Positions 1 through 10,453 of a stretch of 64,000 nucleotides of DNA are shown here, in pieces. The notes under the pieces are model-generated. The model did no database searches. It had not been told where the DNA came from and was given only the letters and a program-made list of their open reading frames with translations. The stretch's first letter is position 1; every line of letters starts with the position of its first letter. Source of the DNA: an uncultured Gammaproteobacteria bacterium (lineage in GTDB: Bacteria > Patescibacteriota > Patescibacteriia > Patescibacteriales > UBA12465); contig CAZXEE010000001.1 of NCBI GenBank assembly GCA_964639785.1, forward strand, positions 314,556 to 378,555, written 5' to 3'. The position numbers and the translations under genes are program-made.

Positions 1-1
1 T

Positions 2-463
2 GTTTTAGATATCGGGCTGATTTCTTCTTTGTGGATATTCGCCGGTTATATTGTATTTAATTTTTGGAAGGAAAATATCCTAAAATATTGGCAATATTTG
101 ATGGCTGTTATTCCTTTGAGCTTAATATTTTTACCAATTCCAGATTTAAATTTGTCTTTGAGATCTTTTTCTTCCCCAGTTTATAATGTTTTTTATAGCT
201 TATTGGTAATCGTGTTTTTATTCGTTTTATTTAATAAGGTCAACAGCAGAAATAAACTTAATGATCTGTTGGGTTATCTGGGACAGAATTCAATGTTTTT
301 GTTCATATTTCATCCCTATACCAACAATATTGTTTATTTGATAATCAGCAGATTTTTTGTCGATGGTTGGTTTTTGAAATTTATCCTTTCCGGTGCTTTG
401 ATTTACTTGGCTTTGGTTATCTTTAGAAAATATTTAAATAAAGGAATCTTAAAATATGTTTGA
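2..463 (+). CDS. Acyltransferase family 3 membrane protein (5'-partial)
   Basis: Frame is open to the window edge; multi-TM; C-terminal 'LGYLGQNSMFLFIFH' is typical of Acyl_transf_3; lies in a polysaccharide cluster. Confidence 0.7.
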   Translation, partial: VLDIGLISSLWIFAGYIVFNFWKENILKYWQYLMAVIPLSLIFLPIPDLNLSLRSFSSPVYNVFYSLLVIVFLFVLFNKVNSRNKLNDLLGYLGQNSMFLFIFHPYTNNIVYLIISRFFVDGWFLKFILSGALIYLALVIFRKYLNKGILKYV

Positions 464-1496
464 TTATATTTTTGTTACCCATCTGCCTTCGTTCTATAAG
501 ATTAATTTGTACAATGAATTGTCAAAGAAATTAAATATTTATGTTATCTTTGTGGGCAAAGGTTCGGCTATCAGAACTAACGATTTTACTTCTGGGAAGA
601 TTAATTTTGATTATTGCTTCCTGTCTGATGGAAAATTTGAAGAGAGGAATGTTATTAAATCATCAATCAAATTATTTTTTGTATTGAGGAAGATTAAATT
701 TAAGAAGATTGTAGTTGGTGGTTGGGATTTGTTGGAATATTGGTTGATAGTTTTGTTAAAAAGAAAAAGCAAAAATGCTTTAGCTCTAGAGTCGGGCGTA
801 GGTGACAGTATCCATAAAGGTTTGAAGAGGTTTGTGAAGAAGTTGTTTCTAAATAGGATTAATACGGTTTTTGCTTCTGGCTCGAGCCAAAAAAAATTAT
901 TGGAAAAATTAGCTTATCACCGATTCGTTTATATAACCAAAGGGGTGGGTATAATAAATAAGGTTCAATCATCAAGAAATAATAACCAGAATTTTAGTGG
1001 TAATTTTCTGTATGTTGGTCGATTATCGGAAGAAAAAAATTTAGCAATGCTTATAAGGGTGTTTAATGATCTGCCTCAATTTAAGTTAGAAATAGTTGGT
1101 TCAGGACGTTTGGAACATAAATTAAAGGATTCGGCAGGACCAAACATTAATTTTATTGCCCATGTCGAAAATAAGGATATTAACAAGGTATTTTTAAGGA
1201 ATGATGTATTTGTCCTGCCGTCATTAAGTGAGCCATGGGGCTTGGTAGTTGAAGAGGCTTTTTATTTTGGGTTACCAGTTATATTATCTGACCGGGTAGG
1301 ATGTGCCCCTGAGCTGGTTAAAAATGGAGAAAATGGAATTATCTTTGATATTTCTTATTCTGATAATCTTAAAAAAGCGATTATTGAGATGTCCGAGAAT
1401 TATCAGATCTATCATAATAAGGCTTTAGAATTTGATTTGGATAAAAAGGATAAAGATCAGGTTGATTGCTATATAAGAGCTTTGTCTATAAATTAA
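456..1496 (+). CDS. Glycosyltransferase family 4
   Basis: FLYVGRL..EKN and EPWGLVVEEA (Ex7E) GT-B motifs. Confidence 0.9.
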   Translation: MFDYIFVTHLPSFYKINLYNELSKKLNIYVIFVGKGSAIRTNDFTSGKINFDYCFLSDGKFEERNVIKSSIKLFFVLRKIKFKKIVVGGWDLLEYWLIVLLKRKSKNALALESGVGDSIHKGLKRFVKKLFLNRINTVFASGSSQKKLLEKLAYHRFVYITKGVGIINKVQSSRNNNQNFSGNFLYVGRLSEEKNLAMLIRVFNDLPQFKLEIVGSGRLEHKLKDSAGPNINFIAHVENKDINKVFLRNDVFVLPSLSEPWGLVVEEAFYFGLPVILSDRVGCAPELVKNGENGIIFDISYSDNLKKAIIEMSENYQIYHNKALEFDLDKKDKDQVDCYIRALSIN

Positions 1497-1497
1497 T

Positions 1498-2646
1498 ATG
1501 AAAATTTTATTAGTGCATAATAATTATCAGTCTAAGTCTATCGGCGGTGAAGATGTCGTTTTTCAACATGAGTTTTCGGCTCTGGAAAAATGTTTAGGCA
1601 CTGGCAATGTTTTTAAATATGTAGTTTATAATGATGACATCAATATTTTTAAGCTTCTTTTTACAATTTGGTTTTCGCGGAAGCATTATAATAATATTTA
1701 TAAGTTGGTTTCTGAAAATAAGATTGATTTGGTCCATGTCCATAATTTTTACCCCCTTTTAACGCCTAGTGTTTTTAGGGCTGCGAAGAAAGCCGGAGCA
1801 AAAACTATCCAGACTTTGCATAATTATAGGTGGTGGTGTATTTCTGGAATATTTTATAGGAATAATTGTGGTATTTGTGAGCTTTGTGCTCATAAAAAAT
1901 TTCCTTATTTTGGTATTATTCATAAATGCTATCGAAATTCATTTTTGCAAAGTATTTTTACTGCCCTGGCTTTATTCTTTTATAAATTAACCAACCAGAT
2001 TAAGCATATTGATAAATTTTTTGTTCTAAGTGATTCTGAGAGAAAAAAAATTATTGAGTTAGGAATAAGTTCAGAGAAGATTATTTTTAAACCGAATTTT
2101 GTTGAGGTTGAAAGTGTCGTTCATGATGGCAAAAAGGATTATATTTATGTTGGAAAACTGGATGAAAGTAAGGGGGTTTTGGAGTTGTTGAAAACCTGGA
2201 AAAAATTAGATAAAAAATACGTTTTGAGATTAATAGGTGAGGGCGAACTAAGCAATAGATCTGATGCTTTAAAGTCTGATAATATAATTTTTTTGGGGAA
2301 ATTAGATAATAAAGATACTTTGAAAGAGATAGCTAAAGCAAGATATTTAATCTCACCATCTTTAATGTTTGAGACCTTTGGCTTAACCGTCCTTGAGGCT
2401 ATGTCCCTTGGTGTTCCAGTAATTGGATTTAATATCGGTACCAGATTAGAGTTTATAAAGGATGGGGTTAATGGTTTTATTTCTAGTGTTGAAAATTTAA
2501 AGAATATGATAGAGAAATCTTATGATTTTGATGATTATTCAAGATTGAGTGAAAATGCTAGAAAATTTGCTGATAACTATTCGAAAGATAAAATAATTAA
2601 AGATCAGATATCAATTTACCAAAAAATAATTAATAATAATTTATGA
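1498..2646 (+). CDS. Glycosyltransferase family 4
   Basis: MKILLVHN..GGE, VHVHN, ETFGLTVLEAM motifs. Confidence 0.9.
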   Translation: MKILLVHNNYQSKSIGGEDVVFQHEFSALEKCLGTGNVFKYVVYNDDINIFKLLFTIWFSRKHYNNIYKLVSENKIDLVHVHNFYPLLTPSVFRAAKKAGAKTIQTLHNYRWWCISGIFYRNNCGICELCAHKKFPYFGIIHKCYRNSFLQSIFTALALFFYKLTNQIKHIDKFFVLSDSERKKIIELGISSEKIIFKPNFVEVESVVHDGKKDYIYVGKLDESKGVLELLKTWKKLDKKYVLRLIGEGELSNRSDALKSDNIIFLGKLDNKDTLKEIAKARYLISPSLMFETFGLTVLEAMSLGVPVIGFNIGTRLEFIKDGVNGFISSVENLKNMIEKSYDFDDYSRLSENARKFADNYSKDKIIKDQISIYQKIINNNL

Positions 2647-3410
2647 GATTTTCTATAATAACTCCTAGCTATAACAGTGCTAAAACCATCTCTGATACTA
2701 TTGATAGCATCATTAACCAAACCCATCAGGATATTGAATATTTAGTAATAGATGGGGCTTCAAAGGATGAGACAGTAGCCATAGTTAGTGAATACCAGAA
2801 GAAATTTCCTATTAGATTGATTTCCGAAAGAGATGCTGGTATCTATGATGCTATGAATAAAGGGGTTAAGATGGCCACCGGTGATATTGTGGGAATATTA
2901 AATTCGGATGATTTCTATTATGATAATTCTGTTTTGCAAAAGATTAATGATGTCTTTGAAAATAATCCGGATATTGATGCTGTCTATGGTGATTTAGTCT
3001 ATGTCAATCAGGACGATATCACTAAGCAAACTCGGTATTGGAAGAGTGGGGAATATAACGAAAAAAAGATAAATAGCGGCTGGATTATTCCTCATCCAAC
3101 ATTTTTTGTAAGACGTGAAGTGTATGAAAGATCTAGTAAGATATTTGATACTTCTTTCTCCTTAGCTGCTGATTATGAATTTATTCTGCGTTCGTTAAAG
3201 GTAAAAAAGATTAAAGTTAAATATCTGCCAGAGATTATCGTTAAGATGAGAGCTGGTGGGGCGAGCGGTAGTAGCTTGAAACAACGGATTAAGGGTTGGA
3301 AAGAATTGCGTCGAGCTTGGACTGTTAATTCGCTTCCAGTTCCAGCCTTTTTTATTATTAGAAGAGTGGTGGGAAAGTTTAGTCAGTTTTTGTTGAGGCC
3401 TAAGGATTAA
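2643..3410 (+). CDS. Glycosyltransferase family 2 (WcaE-like)
   Basis: SIITPSYN, IDGASKD, GIYDAMNKG, LNSDD, PHPTFF, ADYE motifs. Confidence 0.9.
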   Translation: MRFSIITPSYNSAKTISDTIDSIINQTHQDIEYLVIDGASKDETVAIVSEYQKKFPIRLISERDAGIYDAMNKGVKMATGDIVGILNSDDFYYDNSVLQKINDVFENNPDIDAVYGDLVYVNQDDITKQTRYWKSGEYNEKKINSGWIIPHPTFFVRREVYERSSKIFDTSFSLAADYEFILRSLKVKKIKVKYLPEIIVKMRAGGASGSSLKQRIKGWKELRRAWTVNSLPVPAFFIIRRVVGKFSQFLLRPKD

Positions 3411-3421
3411 TAAAATTTATT

Positions 3422-3937
3422 ATGAAAGAATACCTAACGGAGAATAATAAAAAGGTCAGCCGGCAGCCTTTGAAGGCTTCTTGGATGGATATCAAGGATT
3501 ATATAACTGCCCACCAAGACTTGGTAATCTGCTGCCATGACGTCTTTATAAAGTATCAGGATGGCATATTATTAGTTAACCGGGATAATTATCCGGCCAA
3601 GAACACTTTCTGGCCTATCGGCGGCCGGATTGAGAGGGGATCTGATGCTATGGAATCTCTGAAAAATAAGGTTAAGAATGAATGCGGTTTGAAGATTAAG
3701 AACATCAAGTTTCTGGGAACGGCCAGGACATTATTCAAGGCTGATCCCTTCGGCCATGGCAAGGGAACCGATACTATGAATTTAGCTTATTCAGCCGAAG
3801 GCTATGGCAAGATCAAATTAGACAAGCTCCATAATAATCCGATGATTGTCACTCTAAAAGACTACAAGAAAGGCTTGGCAATTAAGCTCCATCCCTATGT
3901 CGATGATTTCTTGAAGCAGGCTTTCAAGCAGCGTTAA
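3422..3937 (+). CDS. NUDIX hydrolase, GDP-mannose mannosyl hydrolase-like
   Basis: LLVNR..YPAK..FWPIGGRIERG..ECGL resembles Gmm/WcaH; next to fcl and gmd. Confidence 0.65.
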   Translation: MKEYLTENNKKVSRQPLKASWMDIKDYITAHQDLVICCHDVFIKYQDGILLVNRDNYPAKNTFWPIGGRIERGSDAMESLKNKVKNECGLKIKNIKFLGTARTLFKADPFGHGKGTDTMNLAYSAEGYGKIKLDKLHNNPMIVTLKDYKKGLAIKLHPYVDDFLKQAFKQR

Positions 3938-3954
3938 AAAATTCTTTAGGTAAT

Positions 3955-3987
3955 AAAAAAACAGTTCTAATTTAGAACTGTTTTTTT
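3955..3987. terminator. Bidirectional intrinsic terminator
   Basis: AAAAAAACAGTTCTAA-T-TTAGAACTGTTTTTTT between convergent genes. Confidence 0.8.
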
Positions 3988-4011
3988 GTTTGATTTATTC
4001 TTTAATTTTAT

Positions 4012-4953
4012 CTAATCCTTAAACTCCCATCCGAAATCAGCCTTCAATACTTCTTTGACACCTTCAGCGAACGATCGAGGAGCGAAATCAGGCATAATCT
4101 CTTTGAGGCGGGTGATGTCGGTCCGTTTCTCTAGGGTTCCGTCAGGCTTGGTGGTGTCCCAAGTAATATCGGCTTTGTAGTCCATAACTTCTTCCAGGAT
4201 GGCGATGAATTCTTTGATGGAATAATCGAAGCCGGTACCGATGTTGATGATCTGGGGTTCGTTGTAGTTGTTCATCAGGAAGATGCAGGCATCAGCGGTG
4301 TCATCGACATACAGAGCTTCGCGTCTTGGTGTTCCAGTGCCCCAGAAGCTCAGAAGAGTGCCATCCTTCTTGGCATTAACGAATTTCTGGATCAGGGAAG
4401 GGATCATATGGCCATTCTGGAGGTCATAAGTGTCATTCGGTCCATACATATTAGTCGGCATGACAGCGATGGCATTAATATTATATTGCTTGCGATATAA
4501 TTCTCCAGCGACGACGCCTAAGCCTTTAGCTACGGCATAGCCTTTGTTGGTTTCTTCCAGCTTTCCGGACATAAAGCGGTCTTCATTGATAGGTTGGGGA
4601 TTTTCTTTGGGATAGATACAGGTAGAACCGGTATAGAGGATCTTAGTCTGAGGACTGAAGGTCTTGATGGCTTCCATGACATTGAGGATCATCATGGAAT
4701 TTATATACAAGAAGTCAGCCGGACGGGTTATATTGCCATATATACCCCCGACCAGACCGGCGATCATGAAGACGAATTCCGGCTGTTGGGTCTTGAAATA
4801 CTCATCCACTTGGCCTTTATCCACCAAATTAACCTCTTTGCTGCTCGGGGTGGAGATATTGGTGTATCCTTGGGCTTTCAGGCGCCGGACAATTGAGCTG
4901 CCGACTAGGCCGCTACCGCCGAAAACCGTGATTTTGCTGTCATTTTTCATCAT
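4012..4953 (-). CDS. fcl: GDP-L-fucose synthase
   Basis: GGSGLVGS, VGGI, GSTCIYP, YAVAK, PTNMYGP, WGTGTPRRE, KPDG motifs. Confidence 0.93.
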   Translation of the reverse strand: MMKNDSKITVFGGSGLVGSSIVRRLKAQGYTNISTPSSKEVNLVDKGQVDEYFKTQQPEFVFMIAGLVGGIYGNITRPADFLYINSMMILNVMEAIKTFSPQTKILYTGSTCIYPKENPQPINEDRFMSGKLEETNKGYAVAKGLGVVAGELYRKQYNINAIAVMPTNMYGPNDTYDLQNGHMIPSLIQKFVNAKKDGTLLSFWGTGTPRREALYVDDTADACIFLMNNYNEPQIINIGTGFDYSIKEFIAILEEVMDYKADITWDTTKPDGTLEKRTDITRLKEIMPDFAPRSFAEGVKEVLKADFGWEFKD

Positions 4954-4957
4954 ACTA

Positions 4958-4986
4958 TTGACTTTTATTAGTTTTTATGATATTAT
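4958..4986 (+). promoter_or_regulatory. Sigma70-type promoter of the NUDIX gene
   Basis: TTGACT-17bp-TATTAT with TGn extended -10. Confidence 0.55.
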
Positions 4987-5015
4987 TGTCGTCAGTTCTT
5001 AAACACAATCAAACC

Positions 5016-5663
5016 ATGGAAAATTCAGTTGAAAGATTCAGAAAGATTGCCGCCCAGGAGCAATTCAAAGGGTGGCCGTTAGTTGGTAATTATGAACTGG
5101 GTGCTAAAATCCCTTTTTTCGGACAGGAGCTGAAATACACTCTCCGGACAGGCAATGGCGATGAAGAATACCATTCTTTGATCCGTCATTTTGGATGGGT
5201 GGTGGTCTTCGGGGTCACTGTCGACCGGAAAGTTATCACTCTCGTCCAATGGAAGCCTGGAGTCAATTGCGCTTCGTGGGAATTGCCTCCGGGGGGTATT
5301 GGAAAAATTGCTCCCGGTGCTACCCAATCTGAAATTACCGAAAAGTCTCAGGAGATTTATCTGCGCGAAACCGGCTATAGTGAAGGTACCTGGGAATATC
5401 TGGGAAATTCGATTATCGAAACTGGAAAATTCCGCGGTGCTGGTCCGGATGATCACGGTCTTCCGGCTCACATGTATCTGGCCACCGGTCTCAAGAAGAT
5501 TACCGATGCCCGCCAGCCCAACCGCAATGAAATTATGGAAACTCTGGAAGTTCCGTTGGATGAATTCCGGGCGGTATTGGAGTCTGGAGAGTTCACTGAA
5601 GTCAGCGCTGTCAATTGTGCCATGCTGGCTCTCATCAAGCTCAATCTCCTTACCTGGAAATGA
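5016..5663 (+). CDS. NUDIX hydrolase (ADP-ribose pyrophosphatase-like, divergent Nudix box)
   Basis: LVQWKPG..WELPPGG...LRETGY and C-terminal 'NEIMETLEVPLDE'; start placed at ATG 5016. Confidence 0.7.
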   Translation: MENSVERFRKIAAQEQFKGWPLVGNYELGAKIPFFGQELKYTLRTGNGDEEYHSLIRHFGWVVVFGVTVDRKVITLVQWKPGVNCASWELPPGGIGKIAPGATQSEITEKSQEIYLRETGYSEGTWEYLGNSIIETGKFRGAGPDDHGLPAHMYLATGLKKITDARQPNRNEIMETLEVPLDEFRAVLESGEFTEVSAVNCAMLALIKLNLLTWK

Positions 5664-5695
5664 TCGATCGTTGAATTAAATTTAAACCTCTCAGC

Positions 5696-6736
5696 TTAAT
5701 AGTTGAGAGGTTTTTCTTTGGCCAATTCGGCCTCCATCATTATCTTTACTAATTCCTTGAATCTTACTTTTGGTTCCCAGCCCAATTTTTCTTTAGCCTT
5801 GGTGGCATCGCCTAGGAGTAATTCCACTTCAGCCGGGCGGAAGTATTTTGGATCGATCTCGATGATGGTCTTGCCGGTATTCTTGTCGATACCTTTTTCA
5901 TATAGTCCGGTTCCTTCCCAAACGATATCCATACCTAATATCTTGGAAGCTTCTTCGACAAAATCGCGGACGCTATGGGTTTCTCCGGTGGCTAGGACAT
6001 AATCATCTGGATGTTCCTGCTGGAGCATCAGCCACATGCCGTAGACATAGTCCTTGGCGTAGCCCCAATCGCGCCTAGCTTCCAGATTTCCTAGATGCAA
6101 GGTTTCTTGTTTGCCTTCTTTAATCTTGACTAAGGCTTCAGTGATTTTTTTGGTAACGAAAGTTGAGCCGCGGCGAGGTGATTCATGGTTGAACAGGATT
6201 CCGGAAACAGCGAAGAGGTCATAGCTTTCGCGATAGTTCTTGGTGATCCAGTGAGCATACAACTTGGCAACTCCATAGGGGGATCGAGGATAGAAAGGAG
6301 TATTTTCATTTTGGGGAGTCTCTTGGACTTTGCCGAACATTTCTGAGGATGAAGCTTGGTAGAACTTGGTTTTGAGATTGTCTTCTTTGATGGCATCTAA
6401 GATCCTTAGGGCTCCTAAAGCGGCGGTTTCAGCGGTATATTCTGGGATTTGGAAGCTGACTTTGACGTGGCTCTGAGCGGCTAGATTATATATCTCGTCC
6501 GGTTGGATCTTTTCTAAAAGGCGGGAAATATTAGTGGAATCAGTAATATCGCCAAAGTGAAGGAATAGTCTGGCTTCTTTTTCATGCGGATCCTGGTAGA
6601 TGTGATTTATCCGACCAGTGTTGAATGATGATGAACGTCTAATGATGCCGTGGACCTCATAGCCTTTTTCCAGGAGTAACTCAGCTAAGTATGATCCGTC
6701 TTGTCCGGTGATGCCGGTGATTAATGCTTTTTTCAT
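5696..6736 (-). CDS. gmd: GDP-mannose 4,6-dehydratase
   Basis: [42 protein letters not shown]. Confidence 0.97.
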   Translation of the reverse strand: MKKALITGITGQDGSYLAELLLEKGYEVHGIIRRSSSFNTGRINHIYQDPHEKEARLFLHFGDITDSTNISRLLEKIQPDEIYNLAAQSHVKVSFQIPEYTAETAALGALRILDAIKEDNLKTKFYQASSSEMFGKVQETPQNENTPFYPRSPYGVAKLYAHWITKNYRESYDLFAVSGILFNHESPRRGSTFVTKKITEALVKIKEGKQETLHLGNLEARRDWGYAKDYVYGMWLMLQQEHPDDYVLATGETHSVRDFVEEASKILGMDIVWEGTGLYEKGIDKNTGKTIIEIDPKYFRPAEVELLLGDATKAKEKLGWEPKVRFKELVKIMMEAELAKEKPLNY

Positions 6737-6746
6737 ATATATTTTT

Positions 6747-8120
6747 TTATCTCCCTTCGTGGGCCACGATGGTCTTGATAGTTTTTAATATAATAGTGAT
6801 GTCTAAGAATAATGATCGGTTCTTGATGTAGAAAAGGTCATGTTGCAATTTTTTGATAGTGTCAGCGACGGAAGCGGAATGATACTCGCCGGAGATTTGG
6901 TCCCAGCCGCTGATGCCTGGCTTGACTAAGGTACGGATGTCGAAGAAGGGAACGTTCTCTTTTAGTTCAGCGATAAACTCTGGCCTTTCCGGACGAGGTC
7001 CGATGAAGCTCATCTGTCCTTTGATGATGTTCAAGAGCTGAGGAATCTCATCAATCCTAGTCTTGCGCAATACTTGTCCAACACTGGTGATGCGCTTGTC
7101 GCCTTCGACAGTCAGGCCATAGTCATTGTTATCAGTCTTCATGGTTCGGAACTTGTACATCTTGAAAGGGATATTGTTCTGGCCCATACGGTACTGGGTG
7201 AAGAATATAGGTCCATGGCTATTGAGCTTGATGGCCAGGATAATCAGGGGCCAGAAGGGAGCTGAGAGGATCAAAAGTAATATGGCTAAAAAAAGATCGA
7301 AGCTCCTCTTGATGAACTCGAAGACCTTTTTGTCGGCTAGGTCCAGATTCTCCAAGAACCAGGATTGTCCGATGATCTCGAGCGGTACCCGGCCGGTGAT
7401 TTTTTCATAGAAATTGGGAAGGGTGGTATAGCTGATGCCGAGAGGCAGGCAGTTGAACAGGCGTTTCTTCAATTCCGGTGAATTGTTGACGTCCTTAGCC
7501 AGGATGATATTGGTAATCTTATATTTAGAGCTCAGCTCTTCTAAGCCGTCGCTTTCGTCGAAGACTTCAACTAGGTCCTTTATTTCCGGATCGATATCTT
7601 CGCCCTCGCTCAAGATGATGAATTTGATGTCATATCCCATATGGGGGCTGGCCTTGAAGTCTTTGATTAGCTCGGCCAAGTGAGGGTTGTAGCCGATGAC
7701 GCCGAGATTGTTCTTAGGCAGGCGATTCTTGAGGATATATGAGAAGAGGAAACGCCAGGAGATGAAAAGGGCTGAAAAGACGCCGGCAAAGATCAATAGG
7801 TTGGTTTTTGGGGAAATATTATTATATGGGAAGAGATAGAAGAAGATGATGGAAATGACCAGGGAAACGGCCAGGGTTTTGAGGTAATTCTCGACAAAAC
7901 GGCCCCGGTGAGCGAATTTCTTGAGGTCATATAGGCTGCCAATATAGAAGATTATGATCCAGATCAAGAAAATCAAGCTAAAAACGGCACTATTCTGTTC
8001 CCAGGAGCGGTTTTCCGGGTTCTTGAAATAGCGCAGATAGAGGGTTAGATAGAGGGCAAGATAGAAGATGGCAATATCCCCTAAAAGCAGGATAATTTGT
8101 TTTAATTTGGACTTTATCAT
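6747..8120 (-). CDS. Undecaprenyl-phosphate priming sugar transferase (WcaJ/WbaP family)
   Basis: N-terminal TMs; [35 protein letters not shown]. Confidence 0.92.
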   Translation of the reverse strand: MIKSKLKQIILLLGDIAIFYLALYLTLYLRYFKNPENRSWEQNSAVFSLIFLIWIIIFYIGSLYDLKKFAHRGRFVENYLKTLAVSLVISIIFFYLFPYNNISPKTNLLIFAGVFSALFISWRFLFSYILKNRLPKNNLGVIGYNPHLAELIKDFKASPHMGYDIKFIILSEGEDIDPEIKDLVEVFDESDGLEELSSKYKITNIILAKDVNNSPELKKRLFNCLPLGISYTTLPNFYEKITGRVPLEIIGQSWFLENLDLADKKVFEFIKRSFDLFLAILLLILSAPFWPLIILAIKLNSHGPIFFTQYRMGQNNIPFKMYKFRTMKTDNNDYGLTVEGDKRITSVGQVLRKTRIDEIPQLLNIIKGQMSFIGPRPERPEFIAELKENVPFFDIRTLVKPGISGWDQISGEYHSASVADTIKKLQHDLFYIKNRSLFLDITIILKTIKTIVAHEGR

Positions 8121-8162
8121 ATAATACTATTATATCAACTTAAAACTTAAAATCAAGCTATT

Positions 8163-10235
8163 ATGCAGCCAAAAACTTATCTGGCCATTTTGAAATATGG
8201 CCTTTACGCGTCGTTCTTGAGCTTCTTTTTCATCTTCTCGAACCTGTTGTTCCCATACATCACTTCGAAACAGATCTCTTTCAATATCCTGATCGAGGTT
8301 TTGACCGTCTTCTGGGTGCTTCTGATCGCCACCTATCCGCAGTATCGGCCGAAGAAGAATTTCTTGACTTGGGGTATCCTGGTCTATTTCTTAGTTGTGG
8401 CCCTATCCTGTATCTTCGGAGTGGATTTTAACTTAAGCTTCTGGGGCAATGCGGAACGGATGCTGGGATTCTTCCATTTATTACACTTCTTATTATTCTA
8501 TCTGATCCTGATTACGGTTATGCGGAAAAAAGAGAACTGGGATCGCTTCTTTGATATCTCCATCGCTACCGCCGTCTTGATTACCGTCTATGGCTTGATG
8601 AAGGATTACCCGGCTTCCACTATCGGCAATGCCGCTTATGTCGCCGGCTTGATGATCTTCAATTTCTTTTTCGCTCTTTGGCGCCTTTTCTCTTGCCGGG
8701 ACTGGTGGCAGAGAAGCGTCTATATCGTAGCGGCCTTCTTGGTCTTGGTCGGTTTCTTCCAGGCTGACATTTCCGGAGCCCAAGCCGGATTGGTGGCTGG
8801 TTTAGGAGTCGCCGGTATCATTTTCTTCTTCTTACAGAAGGGAAAGAAGATGAAGATCGTCGGAGGCATCGTCTTGGCTTTATTGTTCTCAGCCTTAGTC
8901 CTCTTATTCGCCTATCGTTCCAATCCGGTTTTTGACAATACCAAGATCGGCAATATGTTACGCGCCTTCTCTTCGACTAACACTACCTGGAATACCCGTT
9001 TGCTTTCTTGGAATGCCGCTTATCTCGATTTCCATAACCATCCGATCTTGGGCGTCGGCCATGGCAATTATGCCCATATATTCGACAAGCATTTCACACC
9101 GAAATTCTATGAATACTCTCCGAGCGAAACTTACTTCGATCGGGCTCACAACAATATAGTAGAAATCGTTTCCACTTCTGGAGTCCTGGGTCTTTTGGCC
9201 TATTTGTCGATCTTCGTGGCTGCTTTCTATTACTTATTCAAGTCTTTCAAGCAGAAAAAGATCAATGCTTGGCAATTATCGGTCCTTTCCGGCCTAATCG
9301 TCGCTTATTTCGTCCAGAACTTGGCGGTCTTCGATTCCATGGTGACTTACGTCTCGCTCTTCGGCCTCTTAGGCTTCATCTATTACCGCTATCACCAATC
9401 TGAAATCGAGTCAGCCACTGACAAGAGATCGGCTTCCTTATCAGATGAGAAAGAATTAGGCTTATGGATAGCGCTTATCATCTTAGCCTTGGTTTTCGTT
9501 TTCCGCTTTAATATCCGCGGCTTCGATATGCTGAGCGGAACCATTGAAGGCTATCAATATGTGGCTAACGGCCAATTGGTGGCTGGTACCGAGATTTATC
9601 AGAAGACTTTCGCTAAAGAGGTCGGGTACAATCGTGATAGCCGCGCTTCTTTCATTAATCTCCTGACCGGAAATCCGAAGGCCCTCTTGTCTCTGCCAAC
9701 TGAAGATGCTAACAAAGTTTTGTCATATGCCGTTGAGTTAGCCGAGGCCAATGCCAATTACAATCCTGGCGACAGTTTGCTGGAAACCCAGCTGGCCAAG
9801 ATCGCTAATATCGCGGCTCGTTTCAACTTCAAAGATATCGACAAGTTCAATGAATATTCTGCTATCTCAGTTTCCGCTATCGATGCCGCCATTACAGCTA
9901 GCCCGGGCCGTTTCCCGTTGTATTATATCAAGTCCGACGTCCACATGACTCGAGGTGAGAAGGATGAAGCGGTGGCTGCTTTGAACAAGGCGATTGAGTT
10001 GAAGCCGGACTATGCCGAAGGCTATTGCAATCTGGCCAAGGTCTATTATTTCTTCAAAGACTTCGATCCAGCCTACAAGCAGGCTTGGACTTGTGCCAAG
10101 ATGGACAGTATCAGCTTGCTGGGTACCGGCAGCTTGGTTACGGATGCCGCCAAATATTACCGGGAGAAGGGTGATGCTGAGAGCGCCCAATATTTCGAGG
10201 ACTACTCGGCATCGTTGCAGAAGGTGGTGCAATAA
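8163..10235 (+). CDS. O-antigen ligase (Wzy_C) family protein with C-terminal TPR repeats
   Basis: Many TMs, GVGHGNY and DRAHN motifs, TPR-like 'KAIELKPDYAEGYCNLA'. Confidence 0.85.
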   Translation: MQPKTYLAILKYGLYASFLSFFFIFSNLLFPYITSKQISFNILIEVLTVFWVLLIATYPQYRPKKNFLTWGILVYFLVVALSCIFGVDFNLSFWGNAERMLGFFHLLHFLLFYLILITVMRKKENWDRFFDISIATAVLITVYGLMKDYPASTIGNAAYVAGLMIFNFFFALWRLFSCRDWWQRSVYIVAAFLVLVGFFQADISGAQAGLVAGLGVAGIIFFFLQKGKKMKIVGGIVLALLFSALVLLFAYRSNPVFDNTKIGNMLRAFSSTNTTWNTRLLSWNAAYLDFHNHPILGVGHGNYAHIFDKHFTPKFYEYSPSETYFDRAHNNIVEIVSTSGVLGLLAYLSIFVAAFYYLFKSFKQKKINAWQLSVLSGLIVAYFVQNLAVFDSMVTYVSLFGLLGFIYYRYHQSEIESATDKRSASLSDEKELGLWIALIILALVFVFRFNIRGFDMLSGTIEGYQYVANGQLVAGTEIYQKTFAKEVGYNRDSRASFINLLTGNPKALLSLPTEDANKVLSYAVELAEANANYNPGDSLLETQLAKIANIAARFNFKDIDKFNEYSAISVSAIDAAITASPGRFPLYYIKSDVHMTRGEKDEAVAALNKAIELKPDYAEGYCNLAKVYYFFKDFDPAYKQAWTCAKMDSISLLGTGSLVTDAAKYYREKGDAESAQYFEDYSASLQKVVQ

Positions 10236-10252
10236 TTAGAGTTATATAGATA

Positions 10253-10281
10253 GAAAGCCCGGATATTTTCCGGGCTTTTTT
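10253..10281 (+). terminator. Intrinsic terminator
   Basis: AAAGCCCGGA-TATTT-TCCGGGCTTT followed by T-run. Confidence 0.8.
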
Positions 10282-10286
10282 GGTTC

Positions 10287-10383
10287 GAAAACTAGACTAA
10301 AAACCGCTTTGAAAACTAGACTGATTATTAGACTAATTATTGCCAATATATTATTTAATATAAGCCAATATATTGATAGTCTG
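10287..10383. repeat. Short direct/inverted repeats upstream of fic
   Basis: GAAAACTAGACT at 10287 and 10311, TAGACT at 10329, inverted AGTCT at 10378, GCCAATATATT at 10342 and 10364. Confidence 0.6.
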
Positions 10384-10453
10384 GATTTTTTTTGTTGCAA
10401 ATTTTTGAAGGGTGTGTTATGATATTTTTGTGATAAAAAATAAGTCCAAAAAG

